Shown here in pieces: positions 10,873 through 23,300 of a stretch of DNA of 64,000 nucleotides. The stretch lies in assembly GCA_946965045.2 (NCBI GenBank), contig OX337238.1, positions 1,736,001 to 1,800,000 of the forward strand. Direction: 5' to 3'. The DNA is from Epithemia pelagica (lineage: Eukaryota > Protista > Bacillariophyta). The notes under the pieces were generated by a model that was given only the letters and a program-made list of their open reading frames with translations, was not told where the DNA came from and made no database searches. A program made the translations under genes and the position numbers. Every line of letters starts with the position of its first letter. The stretch's first letter is position 1.

Positions 10873-11913
10873 TTACAAAAAGAGGCGCAAAAAGAGTTCG
10901 GTAGTATCATTACCCAACGCTTGGGCAAGGGCTTCCATTCGGTTGCTTTTTCGAGAAGACTTACAATAGCAAGAACAAGGACGACCTAGAGAGGCCCCGC
11001 AGCAATCTTGATGATTCTTTTCACAGCGAGGTGCCAGGGGAGACGCGAGGTTGCTGTTGTTGTTGTTGTAGTGAGGGGCAACAAATTTATCTCCTGTTGT
11101 ACTACCACCCGAAAAATTTCGAACAAGAACGGGTGGTGCTTGTTGATAGAAGAGTACATGACTCTGTTCTTGTCGACCGCTGGTAGCCGTTCCTCCAAAC
11201 GCGGGAGAGGATGAGACGCTTGGTGGGCTCATCATGATGTTCGGCATAGGAGCGGTGACATTTGGCGGTACCACCACGGTACTGGTACTAGTACTAGCGG
11301 TTGCATACAGTGTCCTGGAATGTTGGTGCTGCTCATCCAAGACTAGAGCTGGTTCAGGGACTTCCTGGTATGTGGGTGAAAAGACTGTTGCTGGTGACAA
11401 GAAAAATGATCAGTGGGCTTGAGGCATGCCAGGAGTGTTAGCGTCATACCTGCTTTCTTCCTCTCGACATCGCGATTCTTGTTTTTCTTGTTGATGATCA
11501 TCTTGATGGGGCAGCTGACATGTGTGTTCCTCTTTTCCATCTCCCTGACTATCTTGATCTTGTGGTTCTTGTTCGTACTTCTCCTTCCATTCCGCGAGCT
11601 CCCGCTCATAGCGGATTTTTTCTTGTTTGCCCATAAGTTGAAACTGTTCCTTTTGTTCCCGGTCCAACTGTTTCCACTTGGCGGCAATTGTTCGGGCCAT
11701 TTCGGCAAATCCCATTTTTCCATGACCATTCCGAGGAACTCCCTCTGGCCGAACTGGTCGGTTGGCCAAGAGGATTTGTCATTCCTGTTGAAAGAAAAAG
11801 TTGTATCCACACAAGGGTCGCTTGGGTTTGGACACGAGGCAGCTATTACTTGTACTGATGGTTGCGCTGCTCTTCTTGGTCTTCTCGATCAAACTTCCAG
11901 CTTCCGGCTTCAT
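10873..11913 (-). pseudogene. HMG-box transcription factor with two in-frame TGA stops
   Basis: ATG at 11913, then KPKRPLCGYNFFFQQE*QILL...HGKMGFAEMARTIAAKWK...EKIRYERELAEWK. TGA at 11779-11781 and 11410-11412. The frame continues to 10873. Confidence 0.85.
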
Positions 11914-13868
11914 ATTATTTTCTGTCTTTTTCTAAATCTCCGTGGACGATATGTCAGAAGCCGATGGAAGACGCTTTGTGAAATCAAAGTCCCAAATGAC
12001 TTGTGCGTTTTCTTCTTGATCGAAACGAAAGAAGTGCTCCAAACAAAACACAGCACAAGTCATCCACCGCAAAGAAATTAATGATGATGGCAGGTAGGCT
12101 GGGTATAGTACAACAGTTAACCAGTGACGAGTTCATGGTTCAAACGTCTCACTTTTCGACATAATGAAAGCAGACAGCATACACTAAATTGCATAAATAG
12201 TAGTAAATAGGTCAGAGGTGCGTATGCGATCTGGATTCTCTGGATTCGCGCTGGCCACATGCTATGCGGATAGGAAATCCCGCTGGATCAGCGGACCGCA
12301 TATCTTCAAGCATCCACCGCCAGTCTAGCCAGAGGAGTTAATGTCTAAGTCTACGAGAGCCTCAGGAATCAGGAATAGTACAATAGCTACCTAGCTAGTC
12401 GTCGTAGTCATCCAATGCACGAGGTGGAAAGTAAGACTATTGAAAATTGAAAGACAAGAAATTCCTGTCTTTTTTCAAGAAATGGCGTTCAATGACGCTC
12501 CCAGCACTATTCCAAGGCAATTTGGGTCTAAACGAAGCTTTAATTTAGGCTTCACCACAGCGTATACCGGAGTCACGACGACTCAGTTAATGAAAGGATA
12601 GTGCCCAAAAAGACGGGATGGTTCCCAAAGAGGGTGGTTCATCTCTACTCACAAAATGTATTTAAAGACATGTGTCTCCTCCAGAATCTCATTCTGAGAG
12701 GAATCCTGGTGATCTGCTTCGAGTAGAAGAGTTACAGAAAGAGAGTTCCTTTCATCAGACTGCATTTGTGTTGCTTTTGGCCTTCTAGCATTTGCATAGG
12801 GACAAACATTGCTGGTTATTGAAACATAACCATTGTGTGATGAGGCTTCTTCAGGTGTCATCATTTTCCATCTTTCATAACTCGGTTCTGTTGTAATCGT
12901 CATTTTTCACTCGCTCGCATACAATGTGAAGCTGGGGAGTTCCGACATCCATGTCATGGTGTCTTATTGAGTTATTACAACTAGGAGTAGGTGCAAGAAG
13001 TTCTACATTAGGAGAACTAGCTAGGGACGCCGAAAGACTGGGTTACAAAAAGACTGCCTTTGTTTCGATGGGTGCGGCTCGGATCAGCACAAAATCCAAT
13101 AACTGCAAGTCTCACTAGAAGCTGTTCGGACTAGCGGCTCCCCATAACATGGCAAAGGGGACCCAGGGGACACTTCACACTTACATTTTCTACTTTTCAT
13201 ACTTCTCTACGAGTACGAGCTCGTATTATCTACGAGTATCGAGTATTGAGCATGAAATGGTGGGTGATCGTGGATCTTGTTACTTAAACTTGACCATTGA
13301 AGAAATTGAAAGGGAAGTTGGACCAATGTATTGTTGATAGGATAGTCGATAAGTTACGACCTACGACCGACCAGATTCATCTCCACCTATCACCTATTAG
13401 GAAAGCGTCTTTTTTAGACTTCCCACTTCCCACTTCCCGCTCCACCTCCCACCTCCCACCTCCACTACTCATTACTCTGTACTGTTGTTGTTATGTGTCA
13501 TGTCCTACTACTCGGACCTCGACGACGAGTATGTCCAGAATCCAGACTAGAACGAAGATGACGGGGACTTTTTCGCCCCTCCCCATTCCCCATTCCCCAT
13601 TCCCCATGCGCCCAATGCCCACATGATAATATTATTGTATACTGCATACTCGTACCCTCGTCCCTCGTAGGACAGGAGACATAATACATAATAGATACTA
13701 CTCCTAGCTCCTAGTATTACTACGCGGAAGAGGTTTACTCGTAGTTTTAAGTTTTGATTCGCTGGACTCGATAAACGGCAATGCGGGAATTATGAATTGG
13801 TTGGGAAGGGGTATACCACTTCTTTGAAACTCCTTGGGCTTTCCCGGCCAGGAAGTGGAGACATCATG

Positions 13869-14658
13869 TTAATCATCGTTCTTGTTTCCGAAACGTTCAT
13901 CGAGAACACCATCGTTGTCGAAGGCTGTCGTTGGGATTGCGGCGACATCTTGTCGAAAGACGCAGGAAAATCCAGAATCGCCTGGACTCATATGATACAC
14001 GTTGATAAAGCCGCCCGACGACCCATCACGAAATGTTGCGTATCGAATGGCTTCGACAGCCAAACGTACAGCCTGCTGCTTTGTAAACGAAGGCGACATT
14101 CGGTCTTTGTTTTGTTGCTGGTGACGATCCACAACACCTAAAGCAAACGTACTCCCGGATCCAACTGAAAACATATCACCCTCAATCCGAGTTCCCAGAT
14201 TGTCAACGTAGAAAAGATGAGGGTGCGAGTTCTGACCATCACCATCTTCGTCGTAGCCCATAATCATGCTGCCTACAGACAACTCCAGCCCTCGCATTCC
14301 ATACAAGTAGTTGGAAAGCAACCGGCTTGCGCGTGCCACAGACATTCGTTTTCCTTGAGGATGAAGTGCTTCATACAACGCTGCCTCGGCCGCAAGCTTC
14401 CGAATCCAGTACGAACAGTCTGCCGCACCACCTGCCATTGTACCTAATAGCTTGGGATGTATGGGAAGCACCTTTTGTACTGTTTTGCTTCCGATGAATG
14501 TCCCCAAACTCGCACGAGAGTCCACCGCCACAACAATACCACCCTTCAGTGAGCGAAACAGAATCGACAAAGGTTCAGCGAATCCATAAAATTGTGTCTA
14601 AAACAGGCGATGCCATGACATGGTGACTTACATGATACAGGAATGCAAGAGTGGTAGT
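13869..14658 (-). CDS. PSMB5: Proteasome subunit beta type-5 (chymotrypsin-like), mature domain; exons 14658-14632 and 14543-13869
   Basis: Splicing GTAAGT(14631)...AAG(14544) gives [33 protein letters not shown], with Thr1, Asp17 and Lys33 at canonical spacing. GTMAGGAADC, SVGSGS and RDGSSGG also present. Confidence 0.92.
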
Positions 14659-17600
14659 TCCATGGGCGAACAGTAATGGTGGAGTCGGTTTCCTCATGTC
14701 GATTGGTCCAAATGACTCGATTTTTTGTGAAGGTACTGGATGTGCGCCTAGATGAGATCCACCAATGCTGCATGGAAGTGAACTAGCTTGATTCATCTGC
14801 ACATTGTTCTCGGAAAGTCCATTGTTCTGCCGTTGGCGTAGGTCAAATATTGTGGCAGCCGCAGAAGCACCGTTCACCATCCAAGCCGCAGTCACGAGCA
14901 ACCCGAAAGTCAACATATGTATTCCCTTTCGTTTCACATGTCGTAAATGCGAAGTAGTGCTTATACTATGATAAGGCTTTCGCTCGAATCTTGGACATGA
15001 AGAAGTCATTGAAGGATGACACACGACACCAGTGGCACCTCGGGGGGCACGGTGAAAACTTGTTGTTGAAGCCCCTTTTCTCGTCCAATCGAGTGCTCTT
15101 GAAGAAGAGAAAGAGGCCGTTGGTCGCGTCCATGTGGAAAACCCTCGGGCCATCGCCTTCGTTTGATTCGAGTACTGGGCCGTCTCAGCCGAACCTACCG
15201 ATTCTTTCAAATTTCCAATGCGATTTTGTTTTTGATCCATAACGGAAATGGTGGATCTGGTAGTTCCTCGGTTGACTGGTTTGGCAGCGCGATAGGGGTC
15301 TTTTTCCAACAACGCAGGTAGATTAACCAAACGGCGATCTTCTCGCACAGGTTTCCATGTTGTAACAAACAAAGGGACGTCCACTTCAAATTTCGAATAA
15401 AGCTTACCCATTACCGATCCCGTAGAACCCCTCTCCTTATTCTCGAAGTTTGCAATCTCGGAAGCTTCACCAGGAATTTTTGATTTAATGGTATGAACTC
15501 GTTTCAGTGGGCGCACCGACAAGAGAATCTCAGAGGGCGATGTCGATGGAAGATTGGTTGTACTTCCCCGCCGCGATGACGATGACTGCGACGATTGAGG
15601 AGCATCCGTATTTTGCTCTACCAGTGCAGCATCGTCGGTAACACCCGCAATGGACAAACCTCCTGTGCCCGTCAGTTTCCCACCCTTTCTGTACGCTTTG
15701 ATAATCGATTTGATTCTCGTCTTTCTGTCCTCAGCTTCTTGTCCAGTCCAAACTCTCAAACGTTGTTCCTCTCCCATTTTGGTACTGGATTTCCCTCGAA
15801 TCTCTCGACGTGCATCGGAAACGGCCGTAACAAAGGCCTCCGTCATGAAGGGGTAGTTAATGTACACACAGGTTCCAATGAGATGTTCGGCCATCGATTC
15901 TAACAACATGGATTTTGACATGACCGACTCGGGTAATTCATTACGCATATTCAATAAAGCTGTCTGGTATCGACTTCCCGTACCATGGACATTGACCCTG
16001 ACTAACCGGCGTTTCATTCCAGTGATAGTTCCATCCCGCAGTGTAGGGAGACCGTCCAATGGAATTTCGACATTTGGTTGCAACATGGGCTTAAATCTTG
16101 GTGGATGCATACCTTGACGGGCACTTGTATTCTTGTACCGCCAATGCGATTTGGAAAAGGGCACACGAACTGTTGTGCAGTTTTCCACTCCACCAAACTG
16201 AGGGTATAGCGGATTCAATGGTTCCAATTCACCCACAGAGTCATTCCGCTTAATTGCTTTCTTCTGGTAGTCGACATTCTCGGAACTGTAAAAGACAACG
16301 GCCTGATCAACCGAATTCCGATCAACTTCCTCCTTGGTAAGTTGCCCCTGCTGATTAATTTGAGACGCGGCGTTTCGCAACTTTTGCGAGTCAATAAAGG
16401 GAAGCAACACCACGGCTTCCCAGGGCCATCGCTTCCCATTCATGTCCACCGTAAAGGATTGTGGATAAAACTCAATCAAGGGAGAATCGGCATCTCGCAT
16501 GAGACTGCGGTATGGTTGTGGAAGGATATGCGCATGCGATGCGGGCATACAAGCCAACAATTGCTCAAAGGGCAGAAGCGGTTCGCCCTTTGCAAAGCGA
16601 ATTTCCTTCTTGAGCAAGTGTTCCAGATTGGTTAAATCACTCATCATGGGACCGTAATGGTAGGGATAAAACCATTCCCAACTGGCTGGTTCATCATGGT
16701 AATAGTACTTCAGCGTCCAGACCAGTCCTTCAATGTAGGCCTTGCGCAAAGCCAAGTGCTTGTCCTTGTCAAAGGGTGAAAATCCAAACTTGTCCGCATA
16801 ATAACGACCCTTAAAGTCCTTGTCATCAATGGTATCTTTCATGGCACTCGTGGTCACGTTGTTTGCCATTTTCACGACTTTGTTCTTGTCTTTCTCTTGT
16901 CGATTTTGGTCCTTCTTCTTCTTCTTCTTCTTATTTTTCTCCAATGACACCTCCTCATTGCCTTCAACACTGTCGGTATTCTTGGTTCCTGCTGGATTCT
17001 GGATGGAAAATCGAAATACACGGCCAATGCGATTCAATAATCCTTCTTGTTCGCGTTCATCGTCCTCCTCTTCTTCCATTTTAGATCCCGTCGTGTCGTC
17101 TTCCTCCCGACGACGGGACGTGGCTTGGACTGTGGCCGCTTCCATGACTGAGGTCAAATTAGTGGCCGACAATGACGAGGACATGACAGGGACAAAGTCA
17201 TTGGTCGGATTCTTTCCCCCACTCTGAAGACGACGAGACAATGGCGTGCTTACATCGACCGCCGTTTGAGCGGCCGCTGTTGCCACGGCATTGGCGGCTC
17301 CTTCTGCCACCAATGCTCGATATCGTTCTCGATCAGCCCGTTCTTTGGATTCCAAGATATCATCTTCGGGTGTCATGGAATGCCCCCATTGTGCTTCGAG
17401 ACGACGGATTTGTTCCATATCGGTGGTGGAGTCCTTAAAGGCATGATAATTGGATTCGTACGATCCAATGTGTTGAAAAAAGGCTTGTAAGCGATCGCCG
17501 GAAACAATGGATCCCGCATGCGTCAAGTAGGGCGGCGGGGGAAGAACAAGGTCTTGTTGTTTGTCAGTGCTTTTACGTGATGATTGCTGTTGCTTTTGCC

Positions 17601-19296
17601 GCCTTTTGACTTCTTGCTGGTACTCTTGCATCCATCCCTGTCTCAATTGACGGTAGGAATAAAAGAGTAAATCAAAGGCGTCATCGCCAATGTCCATGGC
17701 CGGTAAGGAAGGCAAAAAGTCATTGCCGACCAAAAAGGTTAAAAAAACAAAATCATCAATTGTTGCTTCCAAGTCGTAGGGGGATTCGGGAACGACATTG
17801 GAAGTACCAAATTCCAAGGCCAAATAATCGCGCAACACATTCATGTGCAAAAATTCAAAATGCGCATTGTGCAAATACAAGGCCAAATCCCAGCGAGCAG
17901 ACGACGCAGTCGCAGGAACAGACGAGGAGGAGACACCTTCTTGATCCTTATCTTCTTCGTCTTTGGTATCATCCTCCGGTCCAAACTGTTCTTCTTCGTA
18001 GTTTGTACGTGCCATGTCAATTCGATTTTGTCGTGCTTGGCGAAGTCGAGGATCAAAAATTACCCGTTCGCGCAAAAGCAGCAAATTTGGTTCATGAGTA
18101 GCCAATCCTAAGACGATTAAATCACCATCTTGTCCGACAATGCAATGACGCAAATTGGGATTGTAATCCTCCAAAGCCTGTTGACAACGAATAAAGTGCA
18201 AAATCTTGTGTTCGCCTTCACCAGGAACATTGGGACCGGAAAAAATGACGGTCAAATCTTTCCAGGCTGGATCGGTCGAGATTTTGCGTTGAATAAAGTG
18301 TTCCAAATGTTGCGTACACCGATCGAAAAAGGGAGTTCCGGGCGTAATTTCATTGGAATGAAAAGGGTGATGTTCGTCCGATTCTGTTTCTCTTTCTTGG
18401 TCGGTAGTAGAAGTTGTAGCCGATGGGTTCTTGGTGTGCTTGGGTTCGTCGTCCTTGTTGCTCGATTGTGAGGATCGTTGAAAGACGAGAGGTTTTTCGG
18501 TGGGCGAATCCATGGATTGTGTTTCAAATTTGCCGGTAAATCGCCAATCCGAATTGGCCGTACGAACCTGCCCTCTGTCATCCTCCTCTGCATTGTCGGT
18601 AGTAAAGGGATCCTTGTCATACGGATCGTCACCCGTGTTCTGTTGTTCCTGCTGCTCTTGCTCTTGTTGCTGCAACCAGTGGGCATCATACACCGTTTGT
18701 TCAATTTCGCCTTCCTTGGCCGATCGATAGCGACGTGCTCGTTGTTGATTGAGTTTGGCTCGAGGTGCGACACCATCAATGGCCAAATAAAGCAATTCAC
18801 GAGGCTGCGCCACATCCTTGACAATACGATCCAAATAATAGCACAAGTCGGCAAAGACGTCTTGTTCGGTTCGTTCGGTTGGTGGTGGTATCTCTGAGTC
18901 GGTCAAGATGGAGTCGAGGAGTGCCTCGGCTCGTTGGTCGCTAGTGCTGCTACTTGTTGTCGTTTTTTCAGCATTGTTATTGTGCGAACACCCATGAATG
19001 AATCCATTCATATCAATGTACAAACGATCAATGGGAGGAGGAAAGTGCCCACTGCAAGTCGACAATGGATCGGGAGGTGGCATGTACGTGCCTGGAAAGG
19101 GCAAGGGTGGAGAGGGAGGTGAATGATGGGAATTCGCGTCGTTGTCCTCGGCATTCCATTCCTCCTTCTCCTCCTGTTTCCCCTCCTCGTCTGGATAATG
19201 CTCTTGATAGGTTTCCGGTGACACACGTGATCCATGACGTTGAACCGTCAAGGGATAACGTTCGGACAACCAACGAAAAAATTTGGGAATGCCCAT
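14632..19296 (-). CDS. XRN1: XRN1-like 5'-3' exoribonuclease, in frame with the beta5 propeptide and Thr1
   Basis: MGIPKFFRWLSERYP, DRLYIDMNGFIHGCSH, AIDGVAPRAKLNQQRARRY, ITPGTP, PGEGEHKI, GQDGDLIVLGL, DDFVFLTFLVGNDFLP, YIEGLVWTLKYYY, SWEWFYPYHYGP, FYP..F.VDMNGKRWPWEAVVLLPFID, plus a D1-like segment (LIG..VYINYPFM.EA.V.AVSD). Confidence 0.93.
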
Positions 19297-20308
19297 CCTC
19301 CTTGTAGTATGGTCGGATTGGAACCAAAGCCTCGGACGGAATCAAAGCAACAACAGAACGGGCGATTCAAACGCTTTTGTTCGCAGTGTGAAGTGTCCAA
19401 TCTGGTGAGGTCGAACCCAAGAACAGCAGATCCAGCTGCTTTGTTGAGGGGAAAGGAGTCGATCCAAAGATACCAATGCTTCTTTCGTTTGTTCTAGTAC
19501 CGAGTCTTGTTGTTGTTGATGGCGTTCTTGTTCTTGTTCTTGTTCTTGTTCTTGTTGCTGCTGTCGTTGTTACTCTTGCTCTTCCTTTTGTGTGTTCCAA
19601 TAGTCTTTTTCGATTGGATCTTCCAGCAGGAGACGACATACAGCACACACGTTTGGTTTGGTGGCTTGGATTGGCTTTTACCACTCGATGGGGTCCAGCA
19701 ACAACAATTGGGAACCAACTAAACACCTCGATACTCTGCGATGCAACAACACGACACAAGAGAGAGGTAACGGAGATGGTATCGCTCTTGTCGTTGCCGT
19801 CGTCTTTCCTTTTCGCTATAGTTGAGATAAAATCTTGGGATCTTCTTCTTTATGCCGAGGCATGTCTACCTCCCAGCGAAGAAAATAGTGTGGTATGTGA
19901 GCTGAATTTTCATGACCCTTGTGACCACAAATCACCATCGCTGGGACGTACAGAGGCACAGCCACAAAGATACGTAGAACGGGTAGACGGACGGACAGGG
20001 AACCATCTGCCCTTCCTCGTTTGCTGCACGACCAAGACTCATGGGGAGCGCCAGCCTACGCGGAACGGCGAGAGGCCAAAACGAACCGAATGGAAGTCCT
20101 TGTGAGCTTCCGAGGAAGCAACTGTTGACTTTTTTCGCTCCCAAAGCTGCATAAAACAAAACAAAAAAGACAAAACGAAAACTGTAACGCACAACAAGCA
20201 ACCACAAACAATTATCTCTCCTTACTCTCCTTTCATCGAGCATCGAGTTACTTTTGTTTCGACAGGTATACAGCAGCGATTGCCTCAAACTTGCTCTGAG
20301 GAACAAGA

Positions 20309-23300
20309 ATGAAACTTTCCAGAGACCATACACCACCCTACGACCATTCGGAACTGGAAGGTGTGGAAGTTGCTGCCGCTCCATCTTCTCCTAGCAACGA
20401 GTTGGATGTAGGTCCTGACAAAAGCAACGAGTTTCAAGATATCCCGCTCTCCACTGAATCGAACAACCAGCACCAGAATCAGGACGCAACGGTAACCAAA
20501 GAATGGAGCTCGACCGACATTCCTGTTGTTCCATGGCTGCGCCAATTGGCGTTTTGCTTACGCAAGAACAATCTCTTGATTGTAAGACGTCCCATCTTAT
20601 TGGGGATAATGGTACGTGAATGTGTTGGTTGTTGTGGATATGACAGAGTTTCTTGCAGAGCGGCGACCGTGAGGTCAGTTGAGACAATTAGGCTAACCCA
20701 AGTTTTGTGTGACGATGGTACTTGCAGGTGTTTAGCTCCATGTTGTCAGTTCTCTTGGCCTGGAATTGGGGCAAAGACGACGATGCATGGGATTTTGGAT
20801 CCGTCCCTCTCGACGTTTGTGGTACGGTCAATTATACGTACCATTCCTTGAACGAGGAGGGCAACGGCACTCGAGATTGGCGAGAGGAACACTCCATTCC
20901 CCTTTCCTACAACGAAGAATGGCGCGATGGAGCCAATGTAGCTATTGTCGGTACGTGTGACCATTCACATCAGGGTGGCGGGAAAGAGGAAAGGATGTCA
21001 AACGGAATCTCACGAGACTCTTACACCTCTACCGTGCATGACGAAACAGGTTTGGGACCAATGCTTTTGGCCATTTGTGTCTTTCTGTACATGCAAACGG
21101 AACTTGAAATGAAACTGTTGGGTGTTCTGCGATCATTGGGTGTTCGAGAAGGTGTTTATTGGGCCAGTTGGTGGATTCCCTTTGTCATCATTTCTATCGT
21201 CAATGCTCTGTTGGGCGCCATTACCGCTAAACTGATTGACAATGTTCATGTATTTCAATCCACGTCTTTTGGATCAATCTTTGTATCGATCTTTTTCCTC
21301 AATGTGGCCCTGGTCGGTGGCTCCTTTCTGTTGGTGGCCATGGCGGGGGGTTTGCGATCGGTAGCTGCTCTGTGTATCTTGATCATGGTCTTGGCCACCT
21401 GGATTCCCTATATTGCGGTGTCGGCCAAAAGCGATATTCCAAATCATGCCATTGATGTCAACTGGAATTGGTGGTATCCTCCCAGTGGTCTGTTTTGGGT
21501 GAATGGAAATACGGTGCGTGATGTCGAATCGATTCGTTGCTATTACGTGAAAGTCGTCGATTGTCTCATGATTTGTCAAATGCTTGTTGTTGCTGATGGT
21601 GCCACTATAGTCCTTTGCCACTCTCAACTTTATTTGGGACGAAAACTGGACCAATCCCGAACCAGAGTCGATTGAAGTTGAGTCCTGTCAAGTCCCTCTC
21701 ATGTCGGCTTCCGAAGCACGATTTCTGAAAACTCCAGAAGAGCGACAGGAGGTGGAACCAGATGAATATTATATGGGATGCTACTTTTCGGCAGGATATG
21801 GAAGCTATGCGTCATCTCAGGTATGCAGGATCACCTCAGAGTGTCGTCAATGGCCCATAAGTATTGCGAAACTCACAGGTTTTGTGTTTATCCTCGTTCA
21901 GAATAGCGGAATAGCGAACTTCTTACTCCACGCGATCCCTCATATGCAGTTCACTTTGATTTGGGGAAACTTTCTGGGGTATACGGGTATGCACCATCGT
22001 GAATTTGGCCTGAAACACTTGTCGATGAGTTCTGAAACTCTCGCACGGCGTTCGATTGATCCCTTGGACGACGAATTGAGTCTCGGTACTTCCTTGTATG
22101 AGCAGGGAACCACGTTGTTTCGCTTTTATGTGATGGGATCCCGTGGCTCTCGAGTCCCTTTACAATTGTCCAGCCGCCAATCTTTCTGATTCCTTTTGTT
22201 CTAGTTTGGAATACAATCAATGCCAAGGATCTGAAGAAACGGAATCGCTTACCAGCAATGCCATGATTGGCATTATGCTCGCGTTTACCACTGTCTACAT
22301 GTTGCTGGCCGCTTACTGGATACAAGTGGTGCCGAGTGGGGTACGTGTTGGTTTCGTGGTTGTGATTGAATTTCAATTTCTCCATGCCCTGACGACTTGT
22401 TCCCTTTGTCTACTTATGTCTTCTCTTTTTTTAATGATCAGAATGGAGCAGTGCAGCCCTTTTATTTTCCTTTCTTGCGTCGTTATTGGTTTGGAGCTGC
22501 ACGAGCCAAACGTGATGGCGTCCAACCCGGTGGGACCGGAGTATCTACTACGGGCATATCCAAGATTTATGGGGAAAACCACGCAGTTGATAATGTCGAT
22601 GTTTCGTTGGCTGTCGGGGAAGTGACTGCCTTGCTTGGTACGTTTTCACGACAACTGGTTGGTTTTGATTGGATCTGGATGTATACTCATGAACGCTCCA
22701 TGTTTAGGACACAATGGCGCCGGGAAAACGACCCTCTCTCACATGCTTTGCTGTGAGACGGAACCAACTGGCGGGTCGGCGTCAATCTTTGGTCTCTCCG
22801 CTTCCAAGGACAAATACATAGTTCGACAGTTGGTTGGTGTTTGCAAACAAGACGACTACTTGTACCCCAACTTGTCGGCTCGAGAACATTTGGAGCTATT
22901 CGCAGGTCTTCGAGGCGTGTCCGATGCTGACATGGGAACAATGGTGCAACAATGGTTGGAAAGCGTGGATCTGGACCTCGTCCAGGATAGCCGTGCCGGT
23001 GGATTTTCGGGTGGAATGAAGCGTCGTCTTTCCGTCGCTTGTTCGGTACGTGTTAGCAGAACCAAGGAGAACCTTTGTATTTTGTTTCTTTGCATCTAAC
23101 CGTTGAATGTTCAATGCCCATTGTGTTTCCTTTCCTGCTTTTCCATAGACCATTGGGGATCGACCGCTGATTGTATTAGACGAACCAACAACTGGAATGG
23201 ATCCTGTGTCACGTCGTTTTGTATGGAAGCACATTTATGGTATCAAGGATGGACGCGTGGTTCTCCTCGTAAGTTTGGAAATGACTGTTGGCCTGCGTAT

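Noticed and set aside
12500-13640. Short ORFs and purine/pyrimidine tracts (CCCACTT, CCCCATT repeats)
   Set aside because: No domain motif, TIR or TSD could be established; treated as old repeat debris.
14575-14631. XRN ORF ending at TGA 14575 as its true C-terminus
   Set aside because: The last 18 codons begin with a perfect GTAAGT donor, and their removal restores canonical beta5 spacing, so they are intronic.
19367-20384. ORFs 19476-20105 (+), 19367-19759 (-) and 19932-20384 (-) as genes
   Set aside because: Driven by the GTTCTT hexamer and other low-complexity tracts in the XRN/ABCA divergent promoter region; no domain motifs.
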